Below are positions 27,282 to 37,589 of a DNA stretch of 64,000 bases, piece by piece. The stretch lies in assembly GCA_016432465.1 (NCBI GenBank), contig CP066690.1, positions 786,724 through 850,723 of the forward strand, read 5' to 3'. The stretch's first letter is position 1; every line of letters begins with the position of its first letter. The notes under the pieces are model-generated. The model saw only the letters and a list, made by a program, of their open reading frames with translations. It searched no databases and was not told the origin of the DNA. A program made the translations under genes and the position numbers. The DNA is from Candidatus Sungiibacteriota bacterium. Its GTDB lineage: Bacteria > Patescibacteriota > Minisyncoccia > Sungbacterales > HO2-52-23.

Positions 27282-28484
27282 TTAATGTTTAAGGGCGCGC
27301 AGGACCGCCCTCCAAGAGTGTAAAGAAGTCCGTGGAGTGGCAAGAAACACAATCACTGCGAGTCCAAGGTATATATATGTAAAGACGTTTCGTGCCTCGC
27401 TCCAGGGCATGACAAGCTGGGTGCAAAATAAAATGGCAAGCGCAAAGGCCTCCTTGAGAGAAAGACTTAAATTGGCAAGCAGTACTACTGCGAATAGTGA
27501 CTGTGCGGCGGTAAGAAAAATTTCCTGACTCTGGCGTGCGTCCAGAGGAAAATAGGTAAGTCCGGCCGAACCGTGCCACTTTTCCGAAAGCCAAAAGACG
27601 AGAGGAAGAGTGCCGATAAGAAGCGTCCATTGGTTTATTTTGGAGGAAACAAGAACCCCGAGGCCCTTGGTAGCTTTTAGTCTCCAGGCAAAAAGGAGTG
27701 CTATGACAAATTCCGGAGTTTCGGAAGCAAGTGGGGCAAGCCATTGTACCAAGATGAACTCGTCAATTTGCAGCGCTTTCCCTGTCGTAATCAGACTATG
27801 GGCGAATGGTTCTGCGGAGATGGCAATAGCCAAAGCCGCATAGGCCATGAGGCCCACCCAGACAGCTACCCGACACTTTTTGGGTTCAATTTCAGAAATT
27901 GCCTTGGCCGGTCCAATGATTTCAAGTTCCACTCTGGGGAAACGCAGAATCTTAACAAGATAAAATATAAACAACCCGCCAAGAAGCAATCCGTCAAACC
28001 AGGCCAGAAACCCTTTCAGCGGTATGGTAAAAGCATAAAGAGTCGCAATAGCAAGAATTCCGCAATCCAGACGCTGGATGGGATGAATCTGCACACTGGT
28101 TTTATGGCCTTTGGTTTTTAGGGCCGACAAAAAGACCAGCGAGGCCCAGCCGATGCCAATCAGCAGACGGTTGGCGCCGGTCATATTGGCAATGGCATAA
28201 GGCGCAAACGATATGTCTTTTCCTGCGGACCAAGCCAGAGTACTATCCACTGCATATTCGGGGAGAACGGCGATCAAAGCAATTAAGGCGATAATCAAAG
28301 ATCCGGTAACGTCACGTTCCGCAGCTTCCGAAGCCCAAGTTAGCAGAAAAGCTGCTGCAAATATAGTTAACCCAGTAATTAGAGAAATAAGAATGGGACT
28401 CGGTTCGGCACCGAAAATTTTCAGTGCAATCCAGGGGATTGGCACAAGACTCATAGAGATAGCCCATCCGAATTTCCCAGCCAT
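27282..28484 (-). CDS. Sodium:calcium antiporter (CaCA family)
   Basis: Alpha repeats 'AVLPEYAV...ANMTGANRLL' and 'ASETPEF...SSKINQWTLL'. Confidence 0.9.
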   Translation of the reverse strand: MAGKFGWAISMSLVPIPWIALKIFGAEPSPILISLITGLTIFAAAFLLTWASEAAERDVTGSLIIALIALIAVLPEYAVDSTLAWSAGKDISFAPYAIANMTGANRLLIGIGWASLVFLSALKTKGHKTSVQIHPIQRLDCGILAIATLYAFTIPLKGFLAWFDGLLLGGLFIFYLVKILRFPRVELEIIGPAKAISEIEPKKCRVAVWVGLMAYAALAIAISAEPFAHSLITTGKALQIDEFILVQWLAPLASETPEFVIALLFAWRLKATKGLGVLVSSKINQWTLLIGTLPLVFWLSEKWHGSAGLTYFPLDARQSQEIFLTAAQSLFAVVLLANLSLSLKEAFALAILFCTQLVMPWSEARNVFTYIYLGLAVIVFLATPRTSLHSWRAVLRALKH

Positions 28485-28609
28485 TTATCCTCCAGTTTTT
28501 CCGTTGCGGCGCAAATTTTTTCAGTGAACTATTAGTCAAATTGTAACATTTCATTAGATTTAAGTCAAGCCAATTTGCAATTCGTTTATTTACCCCATAT
28601 CATTTAATT

Positions 28610-30370
28610 ATGACTCTTACCCCGATTGACGATATTAAAGGGCGTTTGGATATCGTGGATGTAATCCAGGGCTATGTCCGGCTTCAGAAGGCCGGGATAA
28701 ACTATAAGGCCCTGTGCCCATTTCACATGGAGAAGACACCGTCATTTTTTGTATCGCCTTCTCGTCAAATCTGGCACTGTTTTGGCGGATGCGGCAAAGG
28801 GGGGGACATTTTTAAATTTATAATGGAGATTGAAGGACTGGAATTTCCGGAGGCATTGCGGACGCTGGCGACTCGCGCGGGCGTGGTTTTAAAACGGGAA
28901 GACCCAGCCATACGCTCGGAGAAAAATAGATTACACGATCTCAACGAAGAAGCAACTAAAATTTTTGAAAGGAACCTTGTTCTTACTCCGGCAGTAAAGT
29001 TGTATCTCAAAAAGCGAGGGGTTGCCGACGAGACAATTCAAGGATTTCGTATTGGATTTGCGCCGCAGAGTTGGGATTTTTTACTGAAAGCCTTAACCGT
29101 TGGGGGATTTAAAAAAGAAGAAATTGAAAAAGCGGGCCTCGCCATAAGGTCAGAAGATGGGACTTCGTGGTACGACCGTTTTCGCTCACGGGTCATGTTT
29201 CCGATTAGTGATGCCAATGGCCGTGTGGTAGGTTTTAGCGGGAGAGTGTTTTCCGCCGAAGGCGGATCCGCCTCTGGCGGAGAGGCATCCAAAGCCGCGC
29301 AGATAGAGGCCAAATACGTAAACACGCCGCAAACCCTTCTTTACGATAAATCTCGTGTCCTCTATGGCTTTGAAAAGGCCAAAAACGAAATCCGCGCTAA
29401 AAATCAGGTGATCGTAGTTGAGGGCCAGATGGACTGTATCATGTCGCATCAGGCTGGAGTTAAAAACACTGTGGCTGTTTCCGGCACCGCCCTTACTCCT
29501 TACCAGTTAAAAATTTTACGTAGGCTTTGTGAGACCCTGATTAGCTCTTTTGACACAGATGCCGCGGGCGAGTCCGCTACTAAACGGTCGCTGGCTCTGG
29601 CTTCGCAATTTGAATTTGAAAGGAAAATTGCAGTGATACCTTCGGGCAAGGACCCGGCCGACACGGTGGCAGAAGATGCGGCCCTATGGAGAAGCGCCGT
29701 GGATGGGGCACGACCGGTAGTAGACTTTTATTTTGATAAAATGTTGCGGGAGCACGATCCTCGCACGGTTGACGGAAAAAAGAAAATTTCGGCGACGCTT
29801 CTGCCGTTGCTCTCGGAACTTGCTGGCGAAATAGAAAAAGCACATTGGGTAGGAGAACTTGCTAAACGCTTTGGGATCCGTGACGATGCTGTCTGGAACG
29901 AATTAAATAGGGTAAAAAGCGGACCACAGGAATACAGTGTTGATACCGCTCCCCGCAGTCGTATTCCAACGAGACGTGAACTTCTGGAGGAGAGATTGCT
30001 TACTCTTCTGACGCTTGTTAGTCAGGAGGTCCGCGATCGGGAATTGAGCGGCGGGAATGATTTCGTCTTTACCTCCGCTTTAAACGAGAGATTATTTGAA
30101 AACCTTAAGGAGAAGGCGACGGCCGTCAGCGATCTCTCCGGGCACCTAAACCTCTTACGGTTTAAGGGAGAAGTACTTGTCCAGATGACAAGCAATATTG
30201 AGGAAGAATTTGTGGTTTGCAAAAGAGAACTTGAAAAAGAGTGCATTAAGGAAAAACTCCTTAAGATAGGAGAGGAAATTGAGCGAAGTGAAAAAAGGGG
30301 GGATCACGTTGATGTTGTCTCGCTTCTGCAGGACTTTCAGGCCCTTTCCGGAAAGCTCAAAACTTTATAA
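28610..30370 (+). CDS. dnaG: DNA primase (with a 10-aa [10 protein letters not shown] repeat insert)
   Basis: Zn finger '[11 protein letters not shown]...HCFGGC', '[11 protein letters not shown]', 'KYVNTPQT', TOPRIM 'VVEGQMD', 'FDTDAAG', 'KDPAD'. Confidence 0.97.
   Translation: MTLTPIDDIKGRLDIVDVIQGYVRLQKAGINYKALCPFHMEKTPSFFVSPSRQIWHCFGGCGKGGDIFKFIMEIEGLEFPEALRTLATRAGVVLKREDPAIRSEKNRLHDLNEEATKIFERNLVLTPAVKLYLKKRGVADETIQGFRIGFAPQSWDFLLKALTVGGFKKEEIEKAGLAIRSEDGTSWYDRFRSRVMFPISDANGRVVGFSGRVFSAEGGSASGGEASKAAQIEAKYVNTPQTLLYDKSRVLYGFEKAKNEIRAKNQVIVVEGQMDCIMSHQAGVKNTVAVSGTALTPYQLKILRRLCETLISSFDTDAAGESATKRSLALASQFEFERKIAVIPSGKDPADTVAEDAALWRSAVDGARPVVDFYFDKMLREHDPRTVDGKKKISATLLPLLSELAGEIEKAHWVGELAKRFGIRDDAVWNELNRVKSGPQEYSVDTAPRSRIPTRRELLEERLLTLLTLVSQEVRDRELSGGNDFVFTSALNERLFENLKEKATAVSDLSGHLNLLRFKGEVLVQMTSNIEEEFVVCKRELEKECIKEKLLKIGEEIERSEKRGDHVDVVSLLQDFQALSGKLKTL
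29252..29281. repeat. 30-bp double-hairpin element in frame in dnaG
   Basis: TCCGCC-GAA-GGCGGA + TCCGCC-TCT-GGCGGA. Confidence 0.85.
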
Positions 30371-30375
30371 TTTCT

Positions 30376-31599
30376 ATGAATACAAAAAAATCAATAAAAA
30401 AGAAAGCAGCAGTTAAGGGTTATGAAAGAAAAAAGAACCGCGCTTCTATTTTGGTTAAGCAGGCGAAGATTAAAAGTCCGATTCCAACAAAAATCCAGCC
30501 AGGCCTAAAAAAAGTTGCCAAGGAGGTTGAGCAGAAAATCAAGGCGTTAATGGAACGGGGCAGGGGGCGCGGCTTCGTGACTTATGCTGAAATTCTTTAC
30601 TATTTCCCTACGATTGAGGAAGATATTTTGCTGCTGGAAGATCTTTATCAAAGGCTGGAACAGGGAAATATTGAAATTCTGGAGTCGCGGGAACTTCTGG
30701 GAGAAGCGGGTGAAGAAAAAGCCGTCGCTAAAAAAAGAAAGCGGGAGGAGGCCATTGACTTTGAGCAGTTATCGCAGGACTCGGTGCAGATGTATCTGCG
30801 CGAAATCGGCCGGATCACCCTACTTACCGGTGACGAGGAAAAAGACCTTGCCAAGCGTATTGAAAGGGGAGATGAGGAAGCGCGAAAAAAACTCACTCAA
30901 GCCAATTTGAGGTTGGTGGTTTCTATTGCCAAGCGCTACGTTGGCCGCTCGCCTCACCTGACGCTGCTTGATTTGATTCAGGAGGGAAATATCGGCCTTT
31001 TCAAGGCAGTAGAAAAATTTGATTACCGCCGCGGCTATAAGTTTTCTACTTATGCTACGTGGTGGATTAGACAGGCAATTACGCGTGCCTTGGCGGATCA
31101 GGCGCGAACCATACGGATCCCGGTGCACATGGTGGAAACAATTTCTAAATACCAGCAGGTCAAGCGCCGCCTTATTCAGGATTTGGGACGCGAGCCTTTA
31201 CCGGAAGAAATTGCGGCGGAGATGGGACTGGAATTGGAAAAGGTGCACCACATTGAAAGGATTGCGCAGGAAACGGTGTCTTTGGAAGCTCCGGTGGGAG
31301 ACGACGAGGAAGACTCGGTCTTGGGAGAGTTTATTGTTGATGAAAAAACGCTTTCCCCCGCGCAGTTTGCCGCGCGTCGTCTCCTTAAAGACCAGCTGAT
31401 TACGATTATCAAAGAGTTGACCCCACGCGAGCAGAAAATTTTGAGTATGCGTTTTGGTTTGGAGGATGGCATCACGCATACCCTTGAGGAAGTCGGTAGT
31501 GAGTTTGGTGTAACCCGCGAGCGCATCCGCCAAATTGAGGCCAAGTCCCTGGAGCGTATCAGACTACACGAGGCCTCCAGAAAACTTGAAGAATATTAA
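30376..31599 (+). CDS. rpoD: Primary RNA polymerase sigma factor
   Basis: '[11 protein letters not shown]', '[13 protein letters not shown]', '[10 protein letters not shown]', '[17 protein letters not shown]', '[20 protein letters not shown]'. Confidence 0.97.
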   Translation: MNTKKSIKKKAAVKGYERKKNRASILVKQAKIKSPIPTKIQPGLKKVAKEVEQKIKALMERGRGRGFVTYAEILYYFPTIEEDILLLEDLYQRLEQGNIEILESRELLGEAGEEKAVAKKRKREEAIDFEQLSQDSVQMYLREIGRITLLTGDEEKDLAKRIERGDEEARKKLTQANLRLVVSIAKRYVGRSPHLTLLDLIQEGNIGLFKAVEKFDYRRGYKFSTYATWWIRQAITRALADQARTIRIPVHMVETISKYQQVKRRLIQDLGREPLPEEIAAEMGLELEKVHHIERIAQETVSLEAPVGDDEEDSVLGEFIVDEKTLSPAQFAARRLLKDQLITIIKELTPREQKILSMRFGLEDGITHTLEEVGSEFGVTRERIRQIEAKSLERIRLHEASRKLEEY

Positions 31600-31672
31600 A
31601 ATTTTGTATAGAATTTAAAACATTCCGGCGTAGCCCCGACGTTAAGGTTGGGGCCCCGCACCAAATTCTCTC

Positions 31673-31800
31673 TCTGCAGTAGTTCAACGGTAGAGCGGCG
31701 CGCTGTTTCAGCCTGAGGCTGATCCGCCTCTGGCGGAAAGGAGACGGTCGCAGGTTCTCAGCCAAAGGCTGATTCGCCTCGGGCGAAGAATCCTGCAGCA
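31673..31800 (+). pseudogene. Pseudo-tRNA-Asn carrying two 30-bp double-hairpin insertions
   Basis: Removing 31708-31737 and 31758-31787 gives 34 nt identical to 31858-31891 of the intact tRNA-Asn; anticodon and acceptor stems no longer pair. Confidence 0.75.
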
Positions 31801-31827
31801 AATATATTTACAAATAAAATCCTCTGC

Positions 31828-31899
31828 TCCGGTGTAGCTCAGTGGTAGAGCGGCTCCCTGTTAAGGAGACGGTCGCAGGTTCGAATCCTGCCACCGGAG
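31828..31899 (+). tRNA. tRNA-Asn(GTT)
   Basis: Acceptor TCCGGTG/CACCGGA, D arm GCTC..GAGC, anticodon loop CTGTTAA, T arm GCAGG-TTCGAAT-CCTGC. Confidence 0.95.
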
Positions 31900-32306
31900 C
31901 AAAGGGCGTGATTTGGGGTAGAAATCCCCGAATCGTGCCTTCACTGGGGGCTTTTCCGAGGTTCGAATATTATTTCGAGGTTCGGAGAGCTCCAACGCAT
32001 GATGAGAAAGTGTCATGAGCAATGCACCGCTAGGAATGGCGGTGTTTTGCTTTTGTTCGAATTTTTTCCATGCGGGGGTAAACTTTGCGAGTATTTCGAA
32101 GGCTTTGCTGTACTACAGTTCACAGTATTACGATGGCATAAACCTCACGCAGTTGAGGCCGCGAGTTGTTGCTTTCAAAACATATAAAACACACGACGGC
32201 ACTCTAATAGAGTTGTTTCAAGGAAACCGTGGGATGAGACCGGATCTCGATTTTGTTATAAAGATTTTTATCCCCGGGATATGGGAATAGATGAAAATTA
32301 GCAACC

Positions 32307-32828
32307 TTATCGAGGCACCGGTAATCCTATTTTTTGCAGCGGTAAGTAATTGAAGTAATATTGACACCCAACTGAAATAACATAATCGAGCGTATCTTTA
32401 TATGCGGGATTTTTGAACCAATCGTTGAGAATATAGACATATTCAACCTCGATATTCAGCGGTGCCATAAGTTTGCGATATTGTTTTTTCTTAAAGTCGC
32501 AAGTTTGTAGCTTCTCATCAACCGATCCCGCGACTTTCTGAAATTTCATCTCAATAATAAAGAGTGTGTTATTTACGATTACATATAAGGCCTCGTCTGG
32601 AAAAAGACGCTTCGAAACTAATTTATGCCAATTGATCTTCCTTTCCAATAACAACTTATATAGCCCCTGCTTGCGGTAACTGCGAGCTACTTCTTTGCCA
32701 CGATAATAAATTACACTGCCTTTCACAGAATAATCCTTAGCCTTTTTGAGAATTTCTAAAATATCGCGCTCTTTCTCAAAATTTAATCCCGTAATTGTAT
32801 TTCCCCCTCCTACACCTTTTGCCTTCAT
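32307..32828 (-). CDS. PD-(D/E)xK nuclease, putative restriction endonuclease
   Basis: 'LFPDEA...IIEMKFQKVAGSVDEKLQ'; 5 bp downstream of the methyltransferase. Confidence 0.75.
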   Translation of the reverse strand: MKAKGVGGGNTITGLNFEKERDILEILKKAKDYSVKGSVIYYRGKEVARSYRKQGLYKLLLERKINWHKLVSKRLFPDEALYVIVNNTLFIIEMKFQKVAGSVDEKLQTCDFKKKQYRKLMAPLNIEVEYVYILNDWFKNPAYKDTLDYVISVGCQYYFNYLPLQKIGLPVPR

Positions 32829-32833
32829 AATTT

Positions 32834-34315
32834 TTATATTTTATTAAATTTTAGTGATAGATTTCGATTCAATTCTTCAAAGCGTTTAACGGATAAATCT
32901 AAAAATTTTGGTTCGGTATCGATGCCTATAAATTTTCTACCATGAAGATAGGCCGCGATGCCAGTAGTGGAACTCCCGGTGAATGGGTCAATAACTAAAT
33001 CACCTTTATTTGTGCTTGCGAGTACTATTCTTTTTAACAAATCTTCTGGTTTTTGTGTAGGATGTTTCCCAAACCTTTTTTCTATCGGTCTTGGCGTGCC
33101 CATTGACCAAACCGAGCGCATTTGGAGACCTGGTTTTTTTAAATTATCCTCTGCCCAATGGCCATTTTTCATTAGATCATAATTGAATGTATGTTTCGCC
33201 TTTCTTTCTTTTCTCGCCCAAATTAAGGTTTCGTGACTTGCGGTAAAATATCGGCAACTAAGATTCGGTGACGCGTTTGGTTTAAACCACGCAATATCGT
33301 TTAAGATATGATAACCGAGGGCCTGTAGGGCGTGACCACACTGATAAATTGAATGGTAAGTACCACTGACCCAAAGAGTGCCGTGCGGCTTCAAAACTCT
33401 CCGACACGCCTCCATCCATTTGTAATGAAAATCATAGTCATCTTTGAACCCCTTGCTTTTGTCCCAATCTCCCTTATTCACGCTAACCATTCGCCCTGCG
33501 TGAACCGTAAAGCCGCCATTGGAAAGGTTGTAAGGTGGATCGGCAAAAATCATATCAACTGAGTTTTCTGGAAGTTTTGCCAGTACATTGAGACAATTCG
33601 CTTGGTAAAGTTTAAACCCTGGCTTTTCATAATATGGTTTTGATGTAGTTACTTTCTGTTCTCTGTTGTAGAATTTTATTTCTGGAGAAATTTCTAATGG
33701 GGTAGTGTTGATGTTCTCACGAATAACATCGAGAACTATTCCTTGTATTGAAACATCCCGGCCATTTCTAAAAATAAGCGGCTCCATGCTTCTATTTGCT
33801 GGCTGTAAACGGATATGACCGCGCTCTCTATAAAATTTCTTTAGCGTCGCTTCGTGATTGTCTATAAGCGCAACTACTTTTTGGCCATTGTCAGCAACGG
33901 CTTGTTGTTTCACTAAAACGACATCGCCGTCGTTAATATTCTCGTCAATCATACTGTTGCCAACTACGCGGAGGGCATAGAATTCACCACCTCGAGGCAA
34001 CTTACTTTGAGGGACCGCGATGGTTTCCTTTTCTTGTATCGCTTCAATCGGCTGGCCCGCGGCAATAGTCCCGAGTAGCGGGATTTTCACCAGCCTGGCG
34101 GCTTTTTCCACTAAACTAATACCACGCGTCGAATTATCATCTTTAGTAATAAATCCCTTATCTGCCAAAGTTCCGATATGCTGGTGGATCGTAGAAAGTG
34201 ATGCGAGTCGGAAGTGTTTTTTAATTTCTTCCAAAATTGGTGAAAGGCCCTTCTTGTTGATATAGGACTTGGTATAGTCGTAGATTTGTTTTTGTCGCTT
34301 GGTTAGAGTAGCCAT
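32834..34315 (-). CDS. LexA repressor fused to a beta-class (DpnA-like) DNA methyltransferase
   Basis: LexA HTH, cleavage site 'IAAGQP', catalytic 'GNSM' and 'ATLKK'; MTase 'IFADPPYNLSNGG...VSVNKGDWD', 'HPTQKP', 'DPFTGSSTTG'. Confidence 0.9.
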   Translation of the reverse strand: MATLTKRQKQIYDYTKSYINKKGLSPILEEIKKHFRLASLSTIHQHIGTLADKGFITKDDNSTRGISLVEKAARLVKIPLLGTIAAGQPIEAIQEKETIAVPQSKLPRGGEFYALRVVGNSMIDENINDGDVVLVKQQAVADNGQKVVALIDNHEATLKKFYRERGHIRLQPANRSMEPLIFRNGRDVSIQGIVLDVIRENINTTPLEISPEIKFYNREQKVTTSKPYYEKPGFKLYQANCLNVLAKLPENSVDMIFADPPYNLSNGGFTVHAGRMVSVNKGDWDKSKGFKDDYDFHYKWMEACRRVLKPHGTLWVSGTYHSIYQCGHALQALGYHILNDIAWFKPNASPNLSCRYFTASHETLIWARKERKAKHTFNYDLMKNGHWAEDNLKKPGLQMRSVWSMGTPRPIEKRFGKHPTQKPEDLLKRIVLASTNKGDLVIDPFTGSSTTGIAAYLHGRKFIGIDTEPKFLDLSVKRFEELNRNLSLKFNKI

Positions 34316-34353
34316 AAACGATTGACTCAGCGTACTTATTTTCTTACACTATC

Positions 34354-34382
34354 AGTATACCGAAGATTTGCCGAAGATGTAA
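34354..34382 (-). promoter_or_regulatory. Promoter of the lexA-MTase gene with a direct-repeat operator candidate
   Basis: Minus strand TTACAT-17-TATACT; CCGAAGAT repeated at 34360 and 34371 (11-bp period) within the spacer. Confidence 0.5.
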
Positions 34383-34402
34383 CAAGTGAGTTATCCACAG
34401 AC

Positions 34403-35347
34403 ATGGGAACAAAAACATCAAATCCAAAAAGACAGCATTATGTACCGGCCTGCTATTTAAGAGAATTTACTGATCCGCGAGACGGATTGCTTTGGATATT
34501 TAATAAAGACGGGAAAAATGTTCGTAGACAGAAACCAGAAAAAACTTTTACATCAAATCATCTCTACACGATAAAAATAAGTGGCACCAAGGACTACCGC
34601 ATCGAACAAACACTTTCGAATATTGAAGGTAACTACGCCGGTATATTTCAAAGTAAAATCAAGAAGAAACTCCTTCTAACAGACTACGAACACATTATTT
34701 TATGTGTTTTTGTTGCAGCCCAACTTCAAAGGACATTGCGCATGAAGAAGAATCATGAAAATTTCATCCAACAGATTATAGATCACGGCAAACAGCTATT
34801 AATGGTTCACGGTAAGAATACTAATTCTAAGCAAATACAAGAATGGGAATCGTATAAAAATGACATCCATAAACTTCAGTTGTTAGATGGGTTGCCCTTT
34901 TTAACTAAAATTTTGCATCAGATGAGTGTTGCGTTTGTATGCTCGGCAAATCCTCAAAAACACTGGTTCATTACATCTGATGATCCATGCACTCTTTTCA
35001 ACCCAGATTTACAATGGCAGCGTTTTTATGGCCCGGGTTTTGGACAGAAGAATGTGCAACTAACGATGCCTCTATCGCCGGAAATAACTGTTTTCTTTTG
35101 CTGGGCTAATTATCATGGCTATTCACTTGCTGACGGCTATACGGTGGAAGAAATGATGAATAGGATGACGCGCGGGCACTGTCACAAAGAATTTGTATCT
35201 CCATTTGGCAATAAAAAATGGATATGGTTTAGTAGGATTCCTTTGGACCCGATATTTCTAATCAAAGTGTTAAAAACACGGCTTCGCTTTTTCTTGCATG
35301 ATGTAAAAATAAAGTGGAGGCGGCGTAAGTGCAAACGATATGAATGA
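34403..35347 (+). CDS. DUF4238-domain protein
   Basis: 'KRQHYVPACYLREF', 'IEQTLSNIEG', 'FITSDDP', 'MPLSPE'. Confidence 0.8.
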   Translation: MGTKTSNPKRQHYVPACYLREFTDPRDGLLWIFNKDGKNVRRQKPEKTFTSNHLYTIKISGTKDYRIEQTLSNIEGNYAGIFQSKIKKKLLLTDYEHIILCVFVAAQLQRTLRMKKNHENFIQQIIDHGKQLLMVHGKNTNSKQIQEWESYKNDIHKLQLLDGLPFLTKILHQMSVAFVCSANPQKHWFITSDDPCTLFNPDLQWQRFYGPGFGQKNVQLTMPLSPEITVFFCWANYHGYSLADGYTVEEMMNRMTRGHCHKEFVSPFGNKKWIWFSRIPLDPIFLIKVLKTRLRFFLHDVKIKWRRRKCKRYE

Positions 35348-37082
35348 TCTAGTCGAAAAAATTAAAGAAGTAGAGGCATCTTCGTTATCTGACGCAGAAA
35401 AGCTACAGCAGTTTGTAAATTTCATGGTCTCGCTTAAACCCGTTGATAATTCAGCGGCTTTAGTATTAGCTTGCACCTACGGAATATCTTCTGCGCAGAG
35501 ATTAGGTAGGTCAGAGATGGAAGCGCAATTTTATATAACTAGGGCTAAAGTATTCATTATGCAAACTGGTACTCTGATCCATGAGATGAAAAATATTACT
35601 TTAGCACCGCACTGGTTTCAGTTTGCTCTTGAGTCAGAAAAGAAAAGGTATGCCGAACTGGATATGCAAGTCAAAAAAATCTGGAGCGATGTTCAAGCTG
35701 ATATAGAAAAAGCATTTGAGGCGATCAATAAAAATCGTATCGCTGGTGCCGTTGCCTTCGTCTTAAAAACTACTGGTGAAGTTTATGGTCAATACTATTT
35801 ACAACTCAGGTTGTACTGTTTTAAATCAAAGTCGCCGTTTCATGCTCGGTTAGCAAACATGAAAATTTTTCGATGGATTGGGGCCGATGATTTTTTCGTT
35901 CTCAGTAAGGAGGCTAGAGGTAAACTTAAAACTGTGAAAAATGATTGTTTAACAAACCTATATAAAGCGATTGCTCTTTTTAAGCAACATAAGAATTACG
36001 ACTACCTGGCTGACGCCCTGCTTGCTCTTTCAACAGAATATCGTTCTTTCCAAAGTCCAATAAGGTCAAGATTTTATCTTACTCAAGCGGAAAGACTGAT
36101 AAAAAAGCATAAACTAACAGAACTTGAAGGCAACTTAGCTCTTATGAAGCGATGGGAGCCATTTAGTAACTATAATCCTAAAAATTTTATGGACATTAAC
36201 AGACTTGTAGAAGCTAATACTGCGTTTAGGAGGTTTGAAAAGGAGCTCTCTGGGTTTAGCGTCTCCGACAATAAAGCAAATAAATTTATGTCTTTGCTGT
36301 TAAGCTCTCTTGAATCTTTTGAGCTTGTTTCTACCCGTTACGCAAATATTAGAAACAAAATACAAGATATACACAAAGAAGAATGGGCGCAGAGAAAAGC
36401 AAATCCAGAAAGAAAATCATGGCCCGCACATCCTGATGAAAAATACTCCTACGCCGCCGTACGAGTAGATGCTGAATCTCTTTTTATATTTGGAATAATC
36501 ATGGTTCGCAGGACCCTCCCATTGATAGAATTGTTTATTCTCGATAAGCCACCGGCTAAAACATTCGAAGATTTGAGCAATTTCTATAGTTGGATTTCAA
36601 CTACCCCGAACCCATCAAAACTAACTGCTGATTTAAGAAATGATTTCGGTCATCATTTCAGATGGCTTTATGCGGTACTAAGATTTTACAGAAATAGATT
36701 TGTTGAGCATCTCAGTGAACCGCGACAACAAGGAATGAACTTTGATTTGGGAGGGAAAAAATTTGCATTACACTCCTATAAGTGGAATTTTAATGCGAAT
36801 GACGAAAAAGCTATTTTGGATTTTAAGAATAAACTGGAAAAAAGAGGTATAACGATACCAAATGAACATAATCCACGACATTATGTACAACTGGTTTTTG
36901 ATAACTTGGATCAGGTTCCCGAAGATTTTCTGCAGGACGCACTAAGATTAATTGATGATATCGGGATAGATTCGCCGTCACCAACAACTTTAATAAATCA
37001 CATTGAGGCGTATCTTCGGGATTTATTTAATTTTATGAGTGATCGTATTGGAGACAGCCACTTGGCTCAATACCGCAAATAA
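35340..37082 (+). CDS. Hypothetical protein, helical N-terminal half plus HEPN-like C-terminal half
   Basis: 580-aa ORF overlapping DUF4238; 'RNRFVEH' Rx4-6H motif. Confidence 0.6.
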   Translation: MNDLVEKIKEVEASSLSDAEKLQQFVNFMVSLKPVDNSAALVLACTYGISSAQRLGRSEMEAQFYITRAKVFIMQTGTLIHEMKNITLAPHWFQFALESEKKRYAELDMQVKKIWSDVQADIEKAFEAINKNRIAGAVAFVLKTTGEVYGQYYLQLRLYCFKSKSPFHARLANMKIFRWIGADDFFVLSKEARGKLKTVKNDCLTNLYKAIALFKQHKNYDYLADALLALSTEYRSFQSPIRSRFYLTQAERLIKKHKLTELEGNLALMKRWEPFSNYNPKNFMDINRLVEANTAFRRFEKELSGFSVSDNKANKFMSLLLSSLESFELVSTRYANIRNKIQDIHKEEWAQRKANPERKSWPAHPDEKYSYAAVRVDAESLFIFGIIMVRRTLPLIELFILDKPPAKTFEDLSNFYSWISTTPNPSKLTADLRNDFGHHFRWLYAVLRFYRNRFVEHLSEPRQQGMNFDLGGKKFALHSYKWNFNANDEKAILDFKNKLEKRGITIPNEHNPRHYVQLVFDNLDQVPEDFLQDALRLIDDIGIDSPSPTTLINHIEAYLRDLFNFMSDRIGDSHLAQYRK

Positions 37083-37103
37083 TCTTTTTTAATTACAAAT
37101 ATT

Positions 37104-37589
37104 ATGGCCGCAGGATGGGTACATGCATCGATGGATTTAATGGCGTTTGGACGCAGTTATTTTGATTTGCATAAATACAAAGATCATCCTTGGAGAGAGT
37201 TGGGATATAAGCATAGGCAAATAAATCACGATTGGTATAAAGAATTCGGTAAAAGCTGGAATTTCAATGAACCATTCCCCCCAATAATTCACATGAGAAC
37301 TGATGCTATAGAGAATCCAGATGAGGCGGAACAATTTCAATCGTGGACTTCACACGATTATTTGGATCGTATCTGGGATACTCTTGATTTTGAACGGCGG
37401 AGAAGTTTTGAGCTGGCTTGCAAATGGTTTTTGGAAAACCCCGAAGAACTGAATCGAGTTTACGAAATCGATGTTTTTAGAGGTTTAATTTTCCGTGTTA
37501 TTGACGGAAAAGAAGTAACTGAGAATTGTCCTGAACTCGTCAAAGAATATCAGCGTCTCCGTAGCTATGTGGCAAGGATTAATTTGTAA
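37104..37589 (+). CDS. Hypothetical protein
   Basis: 161-aa His/Trp-rich ORF in the island operon. Confidence 0.65.
   Translation: MAAGWVHASMDLMAFGRSYFDLHKYKDHPWRELGYKHRQINHDWYKEFGKSWNFNEPFPPIIHMRTDAIENPDEAEQFQSWTSHDYLDRIWDTLDFERRRSFELACKWFLENPEELNRVYEIDVFRGLIFRVIDGKEVTENCPELVKEYQRLRSYVARINL

Noticed and set aside
32015-32290. 91-aa ORF after tRNA-Asn
   Set aside because: The 3' part looks protein-like but there is no credible start or family; at most a gene fragment.
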